Shown: positions 57,129-64,000 of the stretch, piece after piece
Layout: each line of letters starts with the position of its first letter
Position numbering within the stretch: the first letter of the stretch is position 1
Origin: Prorocentrum cordatum
Taxonomy: Eukaryota
Length of the DNA: 64,000 bases
Assembly (NCBI GenBank): GCA_963575745.1
Contig: CAUYUJ010000004.1
Location: 496,001-560,000, forward strand
Direction of reading: 5' to 3'
Program-made: the position numbers and the translations under genes
The notes under the pieces: generated by a model
The model's database searches: none
Seen by the model: only the letters and a program-made list of their open reading frames with translations
What the model was told of the DNA's origin: nothing

Positions 57129-58403
57129 CCGCGCGGATCCCAACTCCATCTCAAGCGTCTGCTTATGCTGCTGCTGCTGGGGTAGCTGGCTCCACTAGCT
57201 CCGCTGCTGTGCTGACCGCTGCCGCTACTGAGGGCTTCTGCGGGCGATCCTTGGGCTGCGTCGCAGCCTGCGTGGCTGGCGATGGGGCTGGATGCTGCCC
57301 ACTTTGTACCGCATGTGCTGGGGTGGCCAACTGCGGGAGCATTGCGTGCATCCATAATTACAACGTCGCGAACGTGCGCGCCAATGATGAAAGCTGCTGA
57401 GCGAGCGCTTGCTGGCCAGCGGGACCTCGGTGATGAGAGCGGGCAAAGAGATAGCTTGTGGGGGGTCGATGGGACATGGTCGCGGAGGCGGCGGCGGAGC
57501 AGGTGGCCTGGCACTGGGAGGTGGCGTGTCGATCTCCATAGGACTAGGGCCAAGTTGAAGTGAGCGACCCTCTGCTTCTGCGCTGACTGTCGACTGAGCT
57601 TCCTCTGCGCGGGGGGCTGCCGCTGCTGCTGCATCCGCCTCTTCCTGGCGCTGAGGGTCTTGAAGTAGGCCAGCAAGTCTGCCGCGTGGTCGAAGTCCTT
57701 CTGCAAGGCCTCGCGCATGGCGGTGGCCTTGGTGAGGTCGATTGGCTGTCTCCTCCGCGGACTTGGCATATGATAGACGCCGCTTGACTCTGTCCGAGTA
57801 CTTCTGCTGATTCGCTACACGATCCCGTGCCCCGTAAGCATGGACGCGCACGGAGAGAAACATTGCGTACTTTGTCTCGAGTGGTCTAAATTGATCTGGA
57901 GTGGTGCACAACGCACGTCGGCTGAGAATGCGGCTCTCCAGCGCAGAGGAGAAAATCTGCCCCCCTCCGCCTCATTATGCACCTGCCTCTTCTGCTGCCT
58001 GCCCTGTCCTACCTTGGCACTGATATGCAGCTGTTTGCTGCTCAAGCGTGGAAAGGAGCGCGCCAGCCTTCGGCCTGCGCCCGTCGTCGGTCGTCGGACG
58101 GCCGGACCTCCTCCCTTCCTATACTTGAGTGCAGTTGCTTACCGGATAGTTTCATCGATGTCTCATCCCGTATCCTCTGCCACTGAGCAGAGTCAGAATG
58201 AGACTTTAGTTCCTTTGGCATCTTACCCCGATTCTCAGAGGAAAGACTGGCTATCAGCCGAAACCCGCGACCAAGTCGCAACAGGAATGAGCTATGATGA
58301 GACAGCCGAATTGCCCGCCGGATTTTAAGTTGCACAACGTGACGGGCAAGAACAACAGGACAGCTGCCCGGGAGGGGCCGCCTTCCCTCTTCTTCTAATA
58401 CCA

Positions 58404-61400
58404 CCCGGATTTCTCGTGGAAGGGGTAGGGGAGAAGTTATAGATTTGTCAATGGATGATTCTCCCAATCGAATTCCGATCGGCGATCGTGAACAGACCCC
58501 AGACCCGACGAGGCGGGATGGCACAGCAGCAAATGTCAGACGAGGGGCCTTTTCATTTTGGATTGCCGAATCCTCTGAGACAGTACGTTCCAGCCCGATT
58601 GCCATGCGGACTATCGTGCCGGCCGCTGGCCAACCCAGTGGGTCGCAAGAAGCTGAGGAGTCCGGCGGCGTGTACCCCGCCGTCCCAGACGGATGGGGGA
58701 ACGCCCAAGGGACTCACCCCACCCCGATAGCCTTGAACGGACAAGCCGGCCAAGATAGTGACGAACAGTTGGATGGTGAAGACGATATAAACTCCATGGA
58801 GGAAGACATTGAATATGCCAATTATCAAGTGTCACTAAGCCGAGATTCGTCGTCGATAACTACTGCTGATCACCCCGTCCAGGACGGGGGATCATCCCCA
58901 GGGCAGGAGACGATTGATCACGATCAATTGGAGGCCCTTGGGAAAGCGCTCGCAGAACCAGACTCAGATACCATGAAAAGTGACCTGCCGCCCAAGGCGG
59001 TCGAGGTTGAAATAGGGTATCAGTCTTATGCGAAGCACGACCGGGAGATCACGGGACGAACTCCCGCTCCTCAACTCAAGAAGCACAGGAATGAAGATTG
59101 CGACTTGAATGATCCCCCTCTTCAGGAAGGGTTCTATCGACCTGCCGTCGTCGCAGGCGATTGGCAACCGTCGATGCCCGCTGCAATTGAGGATGATAAA
59201 ATGCTACCCCCCCCGGCTGCGCTAATTGAGTTGGTTAGACAAGACGAACGGGGTGGGGAGCTTCGAGAGGTGGCCGAGCCACCTGAGGGCACGCACGTTC
59301 GTCTTCGATCGTCTGCTTCGAGCAGGGGAAGGCCCAAGATGCCACGATCTGGTGCCCGATGCACTTCGAGGAGCAACAGTGCAGCATCCACGCGCGAGGC
59401 ACGCTGGAACCGGGGCCCCAACTGCCCGCCCCAGGCGGAAAGCAGATGCCCGGGGATAACCCGCAAACAGGAAAGACCCTGTAAGCGCCCGGCGTGTGGA
59501 AGTTGTTCTGATGTGTGTCACAATTGTGGCAATCAATGGTTGTGTGAGGATTGCTTCCAGATGGAAGAACATAACTGCTCGTACCTTCTCATCCAAGCTA
59601 TGCAGGATCAGGCTTGATCTGTTGAAGCCACGGCTCAGCAAGAAATTGTGGCCCTTGAAACCAAGAGGGCCGAGCAGGCCCGACTGGACAGAAGAAATGA
59701 ATGCAGTTATTGAGGACGTTCGGAAGAAGTTCGAGGCTGAAAGACTCGCTCTGGCCCAAGCTGCCAGAAAGCGGGAACAAGAGCTGATGGAACAAATGCC
59801 CCATCAAACCGCGGCTGCCCAGCAGCGCGCGGCAGAAGAAGCCGACAACATAATTGCTGAGACGATATCCTCCGAACGACAGGCCGCAATGACGGCGAAC
59901 AGTCAGTCTGTTGATGCCAAGACCGCATCCGCCGCTGTTGCGGTGGCGAGAATAGAAGGAGAGAGGGCCGCCGCAGCCAGGGCAGAACATGAAAAGGAGC
60001 TCCAATAACAACTTCACACTGCCAGGTTGGAAGCGGCCAATGCCCAGATTGTAGCTGCGACGATAGCTGATCATAATAATCAGTATCGAGAAGAGCTCAA
60101 GTTACATGAAAACGCCAGAGCATCTCTTGAGTGTATGCAGTTAGGCGACAATATGTGCCCACCGGCTAAGCCGGCTGGGGCGAGTAGACGACCATCGCCG
60201 GCGGCCCAGCCGTCCGGCGCAACGTCCTCGCAGGCCCAGCCTGGCTTGGCGACCATGGGGGGCGGGATGCCGCCAATGCTGCGAGTAAGGGCTGCGCAGC
60301 AGCCACAGCCCGCGAGATAGGCTGACGAAGAGAGTTGCTCGATCTGCTCGAATCCGAAAGTTGGAGAATGCGCCACTTGTGGGTTGCCAAGCTCTAAAGA
60401 CCAATTCAATACGAACACCAGGCGGTGTTTCACGTGTACTCAACGAAAGAGTTTGCCAGCGGAACAGGAGCAGTGGGACGAGCAATGGCAAAGACACAGT
60501 GCTGACCATAACTTCCGGGCTCAACAGCAGAAGCCCCTCGATGAATTTAGTGCTGATAAACTTAACGTACAGCGGATAACGAGGCAGGCTGAGGAGCATA
60601 TTATAATGAGCTCAGAAAGGTCAGTTGCCAACATTCGGGAGAAGGATGAGGCTCTGGCACGCGCAGATGCACCAGAGAAAGAGCTGATGGAGCTCAAAGC
60701 TATCATCAACGAGTCCTTGAGAGAGAAATGGCAGAACGCGCAGCACTCGCTGCAACTTGCCGACCGTGAAGCGGCCATAATCGTAAGAACGAAAGAGATG
60801 ACGAGGTCAATTGGACTGGATACTTTTCCAAATATCGAGAAAGAATTTGATACATTGCCTAAGTTCAGTCCACTTGATATGCCTTTGCTTTCACAGAAGA
60901 CGCCTGTGAGGCCTACCATGCAACCCCATTATATTGTTCCTGGCCCCGTGACCGAAGGTCCGGCCAAGCCTGGTACCTCCGGGAACGGCGTGCCCATCAA
61001 CGCGGATTTGACAGGTACCACCGATAACATGACCTTCGTCAACTATCACCCCTTCACTAAGGAAGGGCCAGCAAAACCGCTAACGGCCCAGCCGCCTGGC
61101 GGAGATAAAGGTCATGCGCCGGCGGCCACGCCGCCAGGCGGGGCAGGGCAAGAGAAGGATGGGGGCGGTCATAGTACCGCACCAAGTGCCGAGGTTTTGT
61201 CGACACTCGCTAGCGCCATTCCAGACCAGTCGGATAAGCCGCCTCCGGGGGGTCCGGGGGGTCCTGGATCCCCAGGCGGTGGAGGTGGTCGCGGCGGACC
61301 TCAGGGTCCGGGAGGGCCACGTGACCCGGGAGGTCTTGATGAGAGTACCCCTTTAGATCAGTGGAGACAGGTTGGAAACAATCAGAAGGTTGACCGGATG

Positions 61401-64000
61401 GACATTTCTGATGTTACAAGCATACTGGAGTGGCAGATGCATACGGTTCGTGCTGTTGCTGGCTCGTCTCCTGAGATTCGAGAAGCACAGCTCTGGATCA
61501 TGGAAGCAATGGACCCATCTGTGGATAACGAACAGCTCAGAAACCCAGGTCGCTTCCAACGTCTGGACATTATGATCGCCACTAACTTGATTGAGAAGTT
61601 CAACAAAATGCGTAGGAATCGCGGTCTTTCCACTCATCACATGCATTTCCTTCAACAGATCAATCGAATGGAATATGGCGCCCAGAAAGAGCAGAGGCTT
61701 TTGACGGGGCGCGAAATGATACGAGCCATTTGTTACTGGTGTTTCGTCAGGTCGGAGTTAGGTCAACATCGCATTTCGCGTGATATCTTTAAGGTAGTCA
61801 TTGACCCCCAATCGCCCAGACGCTGATGTATACCATTTCTATAATGAGTGGACAGATGTTTATCAACAACTTTACGGCGTACGACCCCCATCTGGCGAGA
61901 TGAGAGCTTCGATCCATGCACACTTCATCGAGCAATGCAGGAAGCCGAAGAAGTTGGAGCTTGCTTGCCAACTTTATGATTTGTCCACGGACAAGCTAGG
62001 AGAGGGCGTAAGAACCTACGAATGGCTCATATCTCAAATTGAATGGATGATGTTGCGTGAGAAGGAAGAATGGAACATCAGTATGCATGAGGGTACTTTG
62101 AACCAACGTGCTTGACAGACGCGGTTAGGCGGTGGTGGAGGCAACGGCAATGACAATCGTCGAGGTGCCAACGGCAAAGCCGCTGCGGCAGAAGTGGCAG
62201 CCCGTCTCGGGAAGTCCACGGATCTCATGAAGAGCGGATTGACCAAGGGCGAGACGACGTGCAAATTTGTACGTAAGGGAGACACCTGCCCATATGCAGG
62301 TCAGGGATGCCCGTTTAATCACAAGAAGCCCGAAGCCGCCGCACCGGCCCAGCCGGGTGCGGGGGCTAAGTCGAATGCTGCCCAGGTTCCGAAGTCGAGT
62401 CCCAGAGGGAGGTTTGAGAAACCGAAAGGCGGAGGCCGAAAGGCCCAGAGCCGGTCACAGACCCCGACAGGTAGCCGTAGAAAGGTGCGCAGCAACGGAA
62501 TAGGAGTCAATCCGACCGTTCAGGTAGAAAACAGAGCAAGATGCTGTGTTACCCTTACTCACGGGATCCCAAGAACTGCCGTGGACCTCCTGACGGTTGC
62601 TACAGGGAACACAGAGCCTTGACCGACGCAGAAAAATTCAAGCGAGACAAGTATGAACAAGCGAAGCTTAATGCAGGTCAGACTCTAAAGTATGAGCGCA
62701 CAATCAAACAGGCCAATGCCGCTGCCGCAAATGTTGCTTCGTCTGCAGGTGGCGGTGGCTCTAGGGCCTCCAGCACCAGTTCGGAAACACGAGAGAAAGA
62801 TGGAGACAATAACAAAGGCAGAGGCAAAGGTAAAGCATGCTATGTCGCTCTTTCAAGGAAACGGGAAAGTGCACGCGTGGAAAGGAGTGTTGGTTCGCTC
62901 AGACCACACCCAACCATCCGTGACACTGGCTCCGCACTGGCGGCCCAGCCGCCAGTGCAGGAATATTGATAGGAATAATTGTGTTAGGGGTGCTCTTTCT
63001 TGCCTTCCTCGCTAGACGGTTGCGGCGACGCCCGCGTCGGTCAAACCGAAAGTGGGGGGGCAGGGAGGTGCCCGCTGACCCAGTTAGCTTGGGCGTGATA
63101 GCATGCCCCGCCCCGTTCGTTCGGGGCCTCCCTGGGCAGAAGCAGGCCAGCCCACATTTTCCAAAGGCCTCTATAAATATAAATGGAGGAGTTGAAACAC
63201 GCCCCTCCGATGGAGAGCCCCTCCACGAGTGCAGGCAGCAAGTTGGAAGTCTTGTAAATATTGTCAATTTCCTGCATCCTCTTTCTCGGGGCGCTATCAA
63301 GATGCATTGGAGCGAGTCCCCTAACAAGAGTTGCATTCGATCTCAGACGAAGGATCGGTGCAAATTCCGCGTCCGATTTCACCCCTCGACTGCAGAGCCC
63401 GCCATCACTTGTAGGAAGGCGCGTCGCCACGACCTAAAAGAGTTGCCCTCAAGTGACGAAGACAAATGGAGGCCCCCAGCTAAAATGCGCCAGCAGTTGT
63501 CCACTCAGTGGAGAGCGTCTGCGGCGGAGGCCCTGATCAGGGCGTCAGACCTGCAAGATGACGTCTGGCACCTTTGGTTGAGGACTGAGGAGGGGGAAGA
63601 GGGCCCACGCGGATCTGGAGCGTATCTTGGAGCGCTGAGCTTTATAATTGATACAGGGTGTGGGTATAACCTCATAGCGGAAATGTATATTAAGAGTACA
63701 GGTGCAATGAGACTGATTCGAAAGCTTCCGCAATCGATCACTCTGAATACTGCCGGGGGAGAATCAAAAGCCTTCGGTTCAGTTCGCATCGCATTCCCTA
63801 AATTTAAGGGTGGTAGTTTTAACGCTTTGGTCATGCCGGAGACTCCGTGCGTGATCTCGGTAGAAGAGTGGTGCATGGACCACGGCTTTAGTTTCTTCTG
63901 GCCAGCAGGCCGAAGGCCCTACCTTTTGCTGCCGAACGGTCAAAGAGTGGACCTGATCGTTGAGGGCAAGATCCCATAATTGACCCTTTCAGGCAAAGAA
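58404..64000 (+). mobile_element. LTR retrotransposon (probably Copia-like) gag-protease region, inactivated, continuing beyond the window
   Basis: Chain of ORFs 58445..59617, 59496..60320, 60384..61826, 61801..62115, 62194..62969 and 62966..63979. Includes a coiled coil, a capsid-like LLTGREMIRAI segment, CCCH fingers and an aspartic protease FIIDTGCGYNLI..LNTAGG..TPCVISV..FSFFWP. Confidence 0.8.

Noticed and set aside
57225..57911. Minus-strand coding-like fragment (MCTTPDQFRPLETKY.. / MREALQKDFDH..)
   Set aside because: Short and frameshifted with no recognisable family; the 470-aa ORF call runs through a (CT)n microsatellite.
57900..58403. 5' LTR and PBS of the gag-protease element
   Set aside because: Only a plausible ...TACCA end is seen; no partner LTR, no clear TG start and no recognisable TGG primer-binding site on the + strand.

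Overview
Eukaryotic, GC-rich and repeat-dense sequence, almost certainly a dinoflagellate nuclear genome. The support is a 20/22 match to the DinoSL spliced leader at 22463, huge (GGA)n tracts and a Dnmt-bearing LINE; Prorocentrum-like is only an inference. No conserved housekeeping gene, rRNA, tRNA or CRISPR is recognisable. From left to right: (1) the 3' end of a tyrosine-recombinase element whose recombinase is fused to a DnaJ J-domain and followed by split direct repeats (1-3527); (2) an ~11.7 kb block of five co-oriented minus-strand genes (ParB-like+SET-like, AP2-like, two small proteins sharing a motif, Lys-rich/CxxC) saturated with GCTGCAGC-centred palindromes (3.6-15.3 kb); (3) satellites, a relict spliced leader and decayed LINEs, MITEs and Helentron-like elements (15-41 kb); (4) the 3' end of an LTR-type element whose long broken ORF contains a Tpt1/KptA 2'-phosphotransferase domain with the catalytic tetrad intact (41.7-48.0 kb); (5) a 100-N gap, a degenerate LINE encoding RNase H, endonuclease, RT and a C5 DNA methyltransferase (50.6-56.9 kb), and the gag-protease of an LTR retrotransposon running off the right edge. 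All domain calls are by-eye motif recognition without database searches. Exon and element boundaries are approximate unless exact repeats are quoted.
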